Source: Candidatus Dojkabacteria bacterium (GTDB lineage Bacteria > Patescibacteriota > Dojkabacteria > J137). From it: a stretch of 39,240 bases of DNA. The notes below the pieces were generated by a model that was not told where the DNA came from, did not search any database, and was given only the letters and a program-made list of their open reading frames with translations. A program made the position numbers and the translations under genes. Shown here piece by piece: positions 18,836 through 27,033 of this stretch; position 1 is the stretch's first letter, and each line of letters opens with the position of its first letter. The stretch spans positions 1 to 39,240 of the forward strand of contig JBGSZB010000010.1 of the NCBI GenBank assembly GCA_041750555.1, written 5' to 3'.

Positions 18836-19762
18836 ATGGAAAAAATACCAACAATATTAATTGGTTCAGGAATATTTGCAGTAAATATATTTAAAAGTGC
18901 ACTAGAGTTAGATTACTTAGATATTAAATATATAGTTACACAACCAGATAAACCATTTGGAAGAGATAAAGCTTTGAGAGGTTCAGATGTATACGAATCC
19001 CTTAAAGATATTAAAGGTATAGAATGGCTTAAGCCTGAAAAGATGTCTTTAGAGTATAGTGAGATTTTAAAAAAAGCTAATCCCGGATTAATATTAGTAG
19101 CTTCATATGGACAAATATTACCTAAAGAATTTATTGATTATCCAAAATATAGATCATTAAACTTTCATGGATCAATATTACCTGATCTTAGAGGTGCAGT
19201 TCCGGTTCACATGGCTATTCTTAATGGTTTAAAAGTAACTGGAGTAACTCTTCAAACAATGAGTGAAGGTTTAGATGAAGGAGATATTGTAAGTGTTAGA
19301 GAAGTAGATATTGATAACTCTGATACAACAGATAGTTTAATGATGAAGTTATCAAAACTTAGTGTAGATATTTTAAATGAAGATTTAATTAAATATATTA
19401 AAAAAGAGATTACTCCAGTTCCTCAGAACGGAGAAGCTACTTATTGCTATAGAACTGATATTGCTAAAGAAAAGGCAGAGATTAGATTTACAACAGATAT
19501 TAATTTAAGTGAGAGAATGATAAGAGCCTTTTATCCATGGCCAATCGCTTTTGTTAAAATATCATTAAACAATGAATTAAAGATCCTTAAGATTTTTAAA
19601 TCTCAAATACATTCTAATACTTCTAATAACAAGTTTGGTTTAATTAGAGATGGTAAAAAGTTAATCTTAAATTTAAGTAATGGTTCATTAGAATTGCTTG
19701 AAGTACAGTTAGAAGGAAAGATTAGAGATAGTGCTATTAATTATCTCTATCTAGCTAAATAA
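18836..19762 (+). CDS. fmt: Methionyl-tRNA formyltransferase
   Basis: Formyltransferase core NFHGSILPDLRGAVPVHMAILNG (compare the HxSLLPxxRGxAPI pattern) plus the Fmt C-terminal domain. 308 aa. Confidence 0.9.
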   Translation: MEKIPTILIGSGIFAVNIFKSALELDYLDIKYIVTQPDKPFGRDKALRGSDVYESLKDIKGIEWLKPEKMSLEYSEILKKANPGLILVASYGQILPKEFIDYPKYRSLNFHGSILPDLRGAVPVHMAILNGLKVTGVTLQTMSEGLDEGDIVSVREVDIDNSDTTDSLMMKLSKLSVDILNEDLIKYIKKEITPVPQNGEATYCYRTDIAKEKAEIRFTTDINLSERMIRAFYPWPIAFVKISLNNELKILKIFKSQIHSNTSNNKFGLIRDGKKLILNLSNGSLELLEVQLEGKIRDSAINYLYLAK

Positions 19763-19766
19763 TTTC

Positions 19767-19886
19767 TTAATTAATAGTCTTAGGTATCCCAATAAATATA
19801 ATGTAAGCTAGGGATATAAAGGTTACTAAAAGGATAGTTAATATTAATTTAAAAAATTCAGATTTAATAAATCTTTTAATTAGCAT
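19767..19886 (-). CDS. Possible 39-aa hydrophobic micro-protein (MLIKRFIKSEFFKLILTILLVTFISLAYIIFIGIPKTIN)
   Basis: Not in the ORF track because it is too short. Its ATG at 19886-19884 lies 1 nt after the TAA of the upstream transporter gene (TAAcATG). It has one clear TM helix. No other support. Confidence 0.3.
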   Translation of the reverse strand: MLIKRFIKSEFFKLILTILLVTFISLAYIIFIGIPKTIN

Positions 19887-19887
19887 G

Positions 19888-20967
19888 TTACTCCTTTAAA
19901 TACTGCTTGTTATACACCTCTAACATTGATAAGAAGAATACAACAATAATTGGACCATATAGTATTCCAATAGGACCGAATAAGCTAATACCACCTAATA
20001 CACTAAATATGGTAACTAATGGATGAATATTAATAGTGTTTTTAACAATCTTAGGTCTTAAGGTTGTATCAATTACATTAATAATTACTGCACTGTAAAT
20101 TAATAGAGCTATAGCTAGTATTATTTGAGTAGAGTTTCCTGTAGTTAAACCACCAATTAACATACCTATTCCAATAGGTCCCCATACTAATCCAGAGCCA
20201 ATTGGTAGGACAGATAGTATTACCATAATTACCCATAGCAATACAGGAGCTGCTACGTTTAATAACAGTAGAGGGATTAATACAGCAGTTGCTTGAACAA
20301 TAGCAACAAAGAAAGTTCCTTTTAAAACACCTTTAGTAGTTGCTCTAAATTTATCAACTAATAACAGGTCTAACTTTTTATCAAGTGGAGATATCTTTGT
20401 AAATAGTTCTGGCATATTCTTATACATTGGGAAAAAGAATACTAAACTAATTAATAGTAAGAATAAATTAAATAATATTTCACCACTTAGGGTTAATATT
20501 TGTTGAGTTACAGGTAATACTTGTTCTTTAGCACCAAGAGCTAAATTAATTAAAATTGTTTCTAAATCTAGAGGGGATAATTGTAATCCAGGATTAAGAT
20601 TAGCTAAAAAGTTATTAATATTAGTAATTGTGTCATTAACTGATAATTGTAAATTATTAACACTACCTAAAATATCACTAGTAGCTGTTAAATTACTAAT
20701 CTCTGCAACAGTTAGTATAAATATTAAAGAGAGGGGAAGTACTGTAAGTATAAATGCAGAAACTATAGATATAAAAGTAGCTAACGTGTCACTTTTAGAT
20801 GCTCTATGTATAAATCTATATACAGGTTGAAATATTTGAACTATAACTAGGGAAATTATTAAAATATTTAAATATGGTTGGAATAACCTTAATGTTAAGT
20901 ATGTTACAACTACTAATGCAGCTATAAAGAATAAATCCTTTATTCTAATATTTTCATTTAACTTCAT
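19888..20967 (-). CDS. AI-2E / UPF0118 (PerM-like) family transporter
   Basis: 359 aa with about 8 hydrophobic segments. C-terminal G/P-rich block VLGGISLFGPIGILYGPIIV is typical of the family. Confidence 0.7.
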   Translation of the reverse strand: MKLNENIRIKDLFFIAALVVVTYLTLRLFQPYLNILIISLVIVQIFQPVYRFIHRASKSDTLATFISIVSAFILTVLPLSLIFILTVAEISNLTATSDILGSVNNLQLSVNDTITNINNFLANLNPGLQLSPLDLETILINLALGAKEQVLPVTQQILTLSGEILFNLFLLLISLVFFFPMYKNMPELFTKISPLDKKLDLLLVDKFRATTKGVLKGTFFVAIVQATAVLIPLLLLNVAAPVLLWVIMVILSVLPIGSGLVWGPIGIGMLIGGLTTGNSTQIILAIALLIYSAVIINVIDTTLRPKIVKNTINIHPLVTIFSVLGGISLFGPIGILYGPIIVVFFLSMLEVYNKQYLKE

Positions 20968-21049
20968 AATTTATAGAAATAATTAATTAATCTTACTACA
21001 TAATTATTCTTTAAGAAATAGGGTTAACTTGATATAATTCAATCACTAT

Positions 21050-21121
21050 TCCTCGGTAGCTCAATGGTGGAGCAATCGGCTGTTAACCGACAGGTTGCTG
21101 GTTCGAGTCCAGCCCGGGGAG
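21050..21121 (+). tRNA. tRNA-Asn (anticodon GTT)
   Basis: Hand-folded cloverleaf of 72 nt. Acceptor TCCTCGG/CCGGGGA has one G-U pair. D arm is GCTC-AATGGTG-GAGC. Anticodon arm ATCGG-CTGTTAA-CCGAC has one A-C mismatch at 27:43. T arm is GCTGG-TTCGAGT-CCAGC. Discriminator is G and no CCA is encoded. Confidence 0.9.
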
Positions 21122-21123
21122 TA

Positions 21124-22215
21124 TTAAGATTCAATTATTTCTAGTAACTCATTAAACTTATATATTCTTGGGCTAGATCCTGATTTTTCCTTTAAAATGC
21201 TAATAATTTTTTTCTCAAGTAATGTTGCAAGCAATCGGTTTAGCGTCCTATTAGGAATCAAGGATCTTTTTGCAAATTCAGAACCGCTAAATATAGGAAC
21301 TAGAAAAAGGGAGTCAACAAGCTTAATCCCATAAATCGAACGTATCTCATCTATTATCAATTTTGTTCTCTTATGTAACTTATGTATTGCTCTGGCCTTC
21401 TCCGTATTCCTTTTCGTTTGGATAATTACAGCGTTTAGGAAAAATTCTATCCAATCATTCCAGTTATTATGCTGAGATACCTCAGAGAGTTTCGTATAAT
21501 ACACCTCCCTGTTTTCCTCAAAGTAAGCACTTAGATAAAGCATTGGTTGAGAAAGAGATCTTTTTTGATAAAGAAATAAAGGAAGTAGAATTCTTCCCAA
21601 CCTACCATTTCCATCTAGGAATGGATGAATCATCTCAAATTGAACATGGATTATTGCCAATTGAACATAAGGGTCTTTATCTTCATAGTGTAAGTAATTT
21701 TCCCAATTTCGTATTGAGGGCTCAACGTCTTGCCATTTTGGAGGTATGAAAGATGCTTCTCTCAAGGTTGTTCCGTCTGGCCCTATCCAATTTTGTTCTT
21801 TCCTTAATTGTCCTCTAAGCATATTCATACCCCTAGTATTATTAAGCAGAATTTCATGCATTCCTAATATCATATTAAGATTAATTGGTTTACTGTCCAT
21901 TTCGTTTTTTGCATATTCCATTGCCTTTCTGTAGTTAATGATCTCCATAATATCCTCGTATTTACTAGTTTTATATGATGGATCAGCTTGAAATCTTAAA
22001 ACATCAACCAGAGAAGCTTGCGTCCCTTCTATTTTTGATGAGAGAACAGCCTCCTTTGTGGAGAGTGGAGAAAGTAATATTGTTGGCTCAGGGATTGTTT
22101 GTAATAATCCATCGAATCTAGAGACTTCTGAGTTAGCCTTTCCGATTAGGGTTATCAAATTTACCCAATCTATATCGGGTATTGGTAAGCTCTGAGGTTT
22201 GTAAGGTTCTTTCAT
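21124..22215 (-). CDS. Fic family protein (AMPylase-type, with N-terminal inhibitory helix and C-terminal wHTH-like tail)
   Basis: Fic motif HPFLDGNGRLGR fits HxFx(D/E)GNGRxxR. SSKIEG fits the (S/T)xxxE(G/N) auto-inhibition motif. 363 aa. G+C is visibly higher than in the flanks. Confidence 0.9.
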   Translation of the reverse strand: MKEPYKPQSLPIPDIDWVNLITLIGKANSEVSRFDGLLQTIPEPTILLSPLSTKEAVLSSKIEGTQASLVDVLRFQADPSYKTSKYEDIMEIINYRKAMEYAKNEMDSKPINLNMILGMHEILLNNTRGMNMLRGQLRKEQNWIGPDGTTLREASFIPPKWQDVEPSIRNWENYLHYEDKDPYVQLAIIHVQFEMIHPFLDGNGRLGRILLPLFLYQKRSLSQPMLYLSAYFEENREVYYTKLSEVSQHNNWNDWIEFFLNAVIIQTKRNTEKARAIHKLHKRTKLIIDEIRSIYGIKLVDSLFLVPIFSGSEFAKRSLIPNRTLNRLLATLLEKKIISILKEKSGSSPRIYKFNELLEIIES

Positions 22216-22384
22216 GATTTATATAATTAATTATATTTAACAGTATATCAATTTATCAGACAGCAATCAAGTATTTTGTCTTATAAAACAATTTGTTAGA
22301 CATAGATGTCTTATTAAGAAAATTGACATAGAAAATAAAATAAATATATGTACATAAATTCTATTATGCAATAATATATTATCA

Positions 22385-23653
22385 ATGAGAGCATTACATC
22401 TATTTTCTAAAGAAAAGAAAGTTATAAGAAATACAGTATTGTTATTTAGTTATCCAATATTTTTTATATATCTAGCAGATAGTACATTAAGTTATATATT
22501 CCCAATTGCTATTGAAAACATTGTTAATTCAAATACAATAATGGGTTTAATATTATCAGCTTCATCACTAGTTGGTTTAATATGTGATTTTTTATTTCCT
22601 CAACTGTTTAAGAATAGAACATGGAGATTTTATTTAGTAAGTGGAATACTATTATCACTATTATTCCCTATATCACTATCTCTTGGAACTCAATTTTTAT
22701 TAATACCATTCTTTTTAATTGCATCTTTTATTTGGGGAATATATTTTGAATTATTACTTTTTTCTGAACAAACATTTGTAGTAGATACAGATGATAAGGA
22801 GAACTTTTCAAAAGATTGGGGAATACTATATTTTTCTTATCAATTAACAGCTATATTAGGTCCAATAATAGGTTCTATACTTTTATTGCAGTTACTTCTT
22901 ACCTCAACATTAATACTTGTATTTATTCAGTTATTAGCGTTAATTTTTGCATTAATATTAATATATAGGTTTCCTTTAAGAGGTAGTGAGAGGGTAGCTA
23001 AAAGTAGAATTAAGGAGACTATTAATATTTTAAAAGAAGCTAAATCATGGGAAGTTTTAAGTTTTAGAGTTTGGCCTGTAATAACTATGGGTATCTCTAT
23101 CTCTTTTATCTCTGCAATTTATTGGACAATAGGGGGATTACTCGGACAATCTCTTAATATTGGTTTTGAAATGGATTGGGTTATTGTTGTTTTATACAAC
23201 ATTCCTTTATTAATAGGGTCATATCTTTTAAGTAGATTTAGTATTAAGAGGTATAAAAAGAGGTTATCTCAAATATCTCTATTACTTGCTAGTTTAACTT
23301 TAATTCCCTTTATTTTATTTAAGGATAACTTATCAATATTACTTTTAATAATATTTATCTCTAGTTTCTTTTTATCATTTACACACCCTTTAAATGAAGC
23401 TGTTTATAGTGATTTATTAGAAAGAATGGGGAAAGATAAGGGCTATTTAGTTGGTTTAGCAAGATCTAATTCAAGTATCGCTTTTATATTAGCTCCAATA
23501 TTAGTAGGTATAGTGTCTGATAGCACTGATTACTATACAACCTTTACTATAGCAGGTATATTCTTTAGTATAGTTGCTATCCTTTTATTAATATTTACTC
23601 CAAGAAAAATTAAGTTACCCCAAAGAGATTTAGAAGAATTAAATTTACATTGA
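22385..23653 (+). CDS. Polytopic membrane transporter, MFS-like (tentative)
   Basis: 422 aa with about 12 hydrophobic segments and a basic loop FPQLFKNRTWRF after TM2. The family assignment is tentative. Confidence 0.55.
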   Translation: MRALHLFSKEKKVIRNTVLLFSYPIFFIYLADSTLSYIFPIAIENIVNSNTIMGLILSASSLVGLICDFLFPQLFKNRTWRFYLVSGILLSLLFPISLSLGTQFLLIPFFLIASFIWGIYFELLLFSEQTFVVDTDDKENFSKDWGILYFSYQLTAILGPIIGSILLLQLLLTSTLILVFIQLLALIFALILIYRFPLRGSERVAKSRIKETINILKEAKSWEVLSFRVWPVITMGISISFISAIYWTIGGLLGQSLNIGFEMDWVIVVLYNIPLLIGSYLLSRFSIKRYKKRLSQISLLLASLTLIPFILFKDNLSILLLIIFISSFFLSFTHPLNEAVYSDLLERMGKDKGYLVGLARSNSSIAFILAPILVGIVSDSTDYYTTFTIAGIFFSIVAILLLIFTPRKIKLPQRDLEELNLH

Positions 23654-23684
23654 AAATATTTCTTTTAGAAAATATAATCCAAGG

Positions 23685-24050
23685 ATGGGAAAAAAAGATA
23701 AATTAAATGATAGTTTAGATATCGATACAATAATTGAAAGATCTTTTTTTAGATTAAAAAGATTTTATACTGAAAATGAATATGGAAAGCTACGACAAGA
23801 AATTATTCAGTATATTAATATGTGTTATTCAAGAAAAGGAAAGTATCCAGAAGTGGGAGAAGTTTTTAGGGAGATTTCTTTTGACAAGGGAGTAAAAAAA
23901 CAGCACTGTAGTGGAAAACGATGTGACACTAAAAACCCTCGTGAAGGAGTTATAAAGACTCCTAGAGCATCAAATCGTGCTAATCAAAGCTACATCTATC
24001 ACACCGATCATCCTCCACGCCCTAGATTGTATTCAGATGAAGAAGCTTAA
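23685..24050 (+). CDS. Hypothetical protein (121 aa) with basic/Pro-rich, G+C-elevated 3' part
   Basis: ORF only. The C-terminal third (HCSGKRCDTKNPREG...HPPRPRLYSDEEA) has atypical composition, so coding status is uncertain. Confidence 0.35.
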   Translation: MGKKDKLNDSLDIDTIIERSFFRLKRFYTENEYGKLRQEIIQYINMCYSRKGKYPEVGEVFREISFDKGVKKQHCSGKRCDTKNPREGVIKTPRASNRANQSYIYHTDHPPRPRLYSDEEA

Positions 24051-24436
24051 CCCTCTCTCATACCCATATTAGTTGAAAGCTCACCATTACCTGTAAAACA
24101 TTTCATAAGTTCCATATACAAAGGGCTTAATAATTCTCTTAAAACCGTATCTAGGGCCTCTGATCCATATTTTAAAGCATTTTCTCTATAAGGGTCAGTA
24201 AGATCACTAACAACTAGACTTTTAATTTCATTGTAAGCATATTGAATACATCTAATATCTGAAGTATTAATTGGATTCCCATAAATATCATTACCATTTA
24301 AAAACTGAACAAGAAGGGATCTAGTATCTTCTCTTAATATTAAAAGCTTAGTTGAATACTCCTTATCTACATCTTTTTGATCTAAAGCAATTACTTTATA
24401 TATAGTTTGAATGTTTAAATTTAAAATTGAACACAA
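24047..24436 (-). CDS. Hypothetical protein (129 aa)
   Basis: ORF overlapping the upstream membrane-protein gene by 16 nt on the same strand. No motif recognised. Confidence 0.45.
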   Translation of the reverse strand: MCSILNLNIQTIYKVIALDQKDVDKEYSTKLLILREDTRSLLVQFLNGNDIYGNPINTSDIRCIQYAYNEIKSLVVSDLTDPYRENALKYGSEALDTVLRELLSPLYMELMKCFTGNGELSTNMGMREG

Positions 24437-25818
24437 CTATTTATGTATTCTCCTTTATTTAATACCTTTTTACAATCTTTATATATAATAACCTCATTTT
24501 CAATATCAATATTCTCTTTTCCTAAGGTTCTCTCAGCAAATATCTCAGCTGTAGGATTGTAAAGAGAGGGATAATTATCTAATACAAATTTAGAGAGATA
24601 TGAGTGATTTAATGCTCCAAAACTAACATTTGGTAAGAATACACTTAAAAGAATAATTAAATTAATAACGATGTTAAAACCACTTAAGATAATTAATTTT
24701 CTATTAACTTCAAAATATTTAAAAAAGAGTAAAAGTATAAAAAATAGGAAGGGGATAATAGACCAAAGAACATATCTAGAAGGTCCTGTTGTACCATGAT
24801 TCCAATTAGTCGTTGAACTGGATAACCCAAGTATAAAAATTAAAGAGATTAAAGATAGAATTAAGGGTATTCTTAAAAACTTTAACTTAATAAATAGATA
24901 AATAAATAAAATTAAACCAAGCATTAAAAATATTGGAGAATAAGGAAGTAACCCAATATTTAAATCAAAAACTAATTCAAATATTCTTTGAAGAGATATT
25001 AAACTAGTATTAGTTCCCCCACTACTACTAATTAAACTAATAGTATTAAAGTTAATTAAATAAAAAATTAAAGGAATAAAAGATATTAAACTTAATAGAA
25101 ATGTAAATACTATATCTCTTAAATTACTAAGGGTAAGATTTAAAATTTTAAAGTTATTAACCTTTAATATTAAATATAATTTATATATAAATATTAAGAA
25201 TGGAATAATTATTAAAGGAAAGTTTTGAAAACTCGCTAGAATAGATAATATAATAGCTAGGTTTAATTTCTTATCTAATAAGTAAATTAACGATAGTGTT
25301 AAAAATGAATAACTAAACACTTCGGGATGACTCCAGAATATAAACCAAAGAATTGGATTAAATATTGTAAATAAAATTAAGATAGTTTTTTTTAATTCAC
25401 TAAAGTCTTTAATTCTTAAAATTACAAATACAACAATTGATAGTAGTAGAGCATTAGTTATTTGAAAAACTTTTAAAACATCTAAATTTAAATTTTCTAA
25501 AACAATTTTAACTGGAAGAGATATTAAACTATAAAAAAAGAAGTGGTAAGAATAAAAATTACCATTACTTTCAAAATATCCTGAATATGCATTATCCTTG
25601 TCAAACTGGTATACCTTAAATCCATAAAGTTCTTCTTTTTCTTTAAAAGAATTAATATCTTCGCTTCTTAATTCAGGAGTTTGGTGATTGTATAAACTCT
25701 CTAACATTAAGTAATATTCACTCCCATCACCAGTTAATTCAGGTTTTTGAATAAAGCTTAAAGTTAGAATAGAGATAATTATTAATCCCCCTATAACTTT
25801 TGAAAAGTTTTTTATCAT
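24421..25818 (-). CDS. Large polytopic membrane protein, possible GT-C-type glycosyltransferase / polymerase
   Basis: 465 aa with more than 10 hydrophobic segments. An acidic first extracytoplasmic loop (TGDGSEYY) is reminiscent of GT-C enzymes. The functional call is weak. Confidence 0.6.
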   Translation of the reverse strand: MIKNFSKVIGGLIIISILTLSFIQKPELTGDGSEYYLMLESLYNHQTPELRSEDINSFKEKEELYGFKVYQFDKDNAYSGYFESNGNFYSYHFFFYSLISLPVKIVLENLNLDVLKVFQITNALLLSIVVFVILRIKDFSELKKTILILFTIFNPILWFIFWSHPEVFSYSFLTLSLIYLLDKKLNLAIILSILASFQNFPLIIIPFLIFIYKLYLILKVNNFKILNLTLSNLRDIVFTFLLSLISFIPLIFYLINFNTISLISSSGGTNTSLISLQRIFELVFDLNIGLLPYSPIFLMLGLILFIYLFIKLKFLRIPLILSLISLIFILGLSSSTTNWNHGTTGPSRYVLWSIIPFLFFILLLFFKYFEVNRKLIILSGFNIVINLIILLSVFLPNVSFGALNHSYLSKFVLDNYPSLYNPTAEIFAERTLGKENIDIENEVIIYKDCKKVLNKGEYINSCVQF

Positions 25819-25882
25819 TTTTTAATATTACTTTCTTTTAAACCCTTTGTCTATTGGATAATATAGAATATTTGTAAGAAGT

Positions 25883-25910
25883 TTGACAAAAGTGGTATAC
25901 CACGTATACC
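25883..25910 (+). promoter_or_regulatory. lexA promoter (-35 TTGACA) overlapped by a perfect palindrome GGTATAC-CAC-GTATACC (candidate LexA operator)
   Basis: TTGACA at 25883-25888. Inverted repeat at 25894-25910, whose right arm contains a TATACC -10-like hexamer 16 nt after the -35. An extra GTATAC lies at 25916-25921 and GGTATAT at 25937-25943. Confidence 0.5.
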
Positions 25911-25941
25911 ATTAAGTATACTTAAATATTAAAAAAGGTAT

Positions 25942-26577
25942 ATGTCAAAATTTTTAACACTCAGACAAAAAAGAATATTAGAAGTGATTACAAATTACAT
26001 AACAGAGTGTGATGAGGCTCCAACATTAGCTGAAATACAGGATGCAGTTGGTATAAAAACTAAAAGAGGAGTTGCAAAACATTTAGATGCTCTAGAAAAA
26101 AAAGGGTATATCTATAGAAATGGAAAAACTAGAGGAATATCCCTTGATACTCCAATTAATTCAGGGATGTACGATATTCCAATATTAGGTTATGCAAATG
26201 CAGGTCAACCTCTAGTTTATGCAGAAGAAGAGATGGTAGGATCCCTTAAAGTTGATAAAGAGATGTTACCTGATTCAAAAGAGTTGTTTGCTCTAATTGT
26301 AAAGGGAGATTCAATGAATAAAAGACTAATTAATAATGTAAGTGTAGCAGATAAAAACTTTGTAGTTATAGATAAATCTTCTCAATTTAGAGATGGAGAT
26401 GTAGTTTTGGCTGTAATTGATAATGCAGCTACATTAAAAACTTTTAAAAGAGGTAGTAACTCAGTAATTTTATATCCTGAATCAAGTAACCCAATTCATA
26501 CTCCAATTTATCTAAGAGAAGATTCAGATGCAATGATTAATGGAAAAGTTGTTGCTGTTTTAGAAAATCCAAGTTAA
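25942..26577 (+). CDS. lexA: LexA repressor
   Basis: N-terminal wHTH (LTLRQKRILEVI...APTLAEIQDAVGIKTKRGVAKHLDALEKKGYI). Ala-Gly cleavage context GYANAGQP. S24 peptidase Ser in VKGDSMN and Lys in ATLKTFKR. Confidence 0.93.
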   Translation: MSKFLTLRQKRILEVITNYITECDEAPTLAEIQDAVGIKTKRGVAKHLDALEKKGYIYRNGKTRGISLDTPINSGMYDIPILGYANAGQPLVYAEEEMVGSLKVDKEMLPDSKELFALIVKGDSMNKRLINNVSVADKNFVVIDKSSQFRDGDVVLAVIDNAATLKTFKRGSNSVILYPESSNPIHTPIYLREDSDAMINGKVVAVLENPS

Positions 26578-26679
26578 TTTATTTTTTATTTTTTTACAAT
26601 GATAGGTCATGATTATATTAAAAAAATAACTCCAAAGAGAAGATCGTTTTGGAATAGAGTTTTTGAAATGAGAATAAGG

Positions 26680-27033
26680 TTAGTGTTTTTTTGAGATCTT
26701 TTTAATTCTTAAATTATCGTACATGAGAAATAGAAAAAGAATTATAGAGATACCAACTAATATAATTCCTAAAAGAATAAAGATCCCACCTTTTGAGTTT
26801 AAGTTTAATTCAAAACCTAAAATATTAATTAACTCCTCATTAGTGGAAACATTTACTCCCGCAACTCTTCCATTACCCACTTCAACATTTTGAACAGTAG
26901 TTGTTAAACTTTGAATAACTAGTACAGGAAGTAAAAAAAATACAAATATAGAGATAGAGGCAACAATTAACTTTCTTAAATTGAAATCAAATTTTAATTT
27001 TGGTAACTCATATACATCTGGTTGTGGTCTCAT
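26680..27033 (-). CDS. Hypothetical small membrane protein (117 aa, 2 TM)
   Basis: Start overlaps the mltG stop by 4 nt. Two hydrophobic helices flank a short extracytoplasmic segment. Confidence 0.5.
   Translation of the reverse strand: MRPQPDVYELPKLKFDFNLRKLIVASISIFVFFLLPVLVIQSLTTTVQNVEVGNGRVAGVNVSTNEELINILGFELNLNSKGGIFILLGIILVGISIILFLFLMYDNLRIKKISKKH

Noticed and set aside
21122-22384. Looked for an integrase gene and a direct repeat of the tRNA-Asn 3' end (att site) bounding the Fic gene.
   Set aside because: No copy of GGTTCGAGTCCAGCCCGGGGAG or a sizeable fragment of it is visible downstream of fic, and there is no recombinase ORF. The region is therefore not called a mobile element, only a compositionally atypical gene.
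26599-26694. 31-aa ORF (MIGHDYIKKITPKRRSFWNRVFEMRIRLVFF) in the lexA-downstream spacer.
   Set aside because: It has no ribosome-binding context and a basic low-complexity product, and it runs into the 3' end of the convergent membrane-protein gene. Most likely it is chance.
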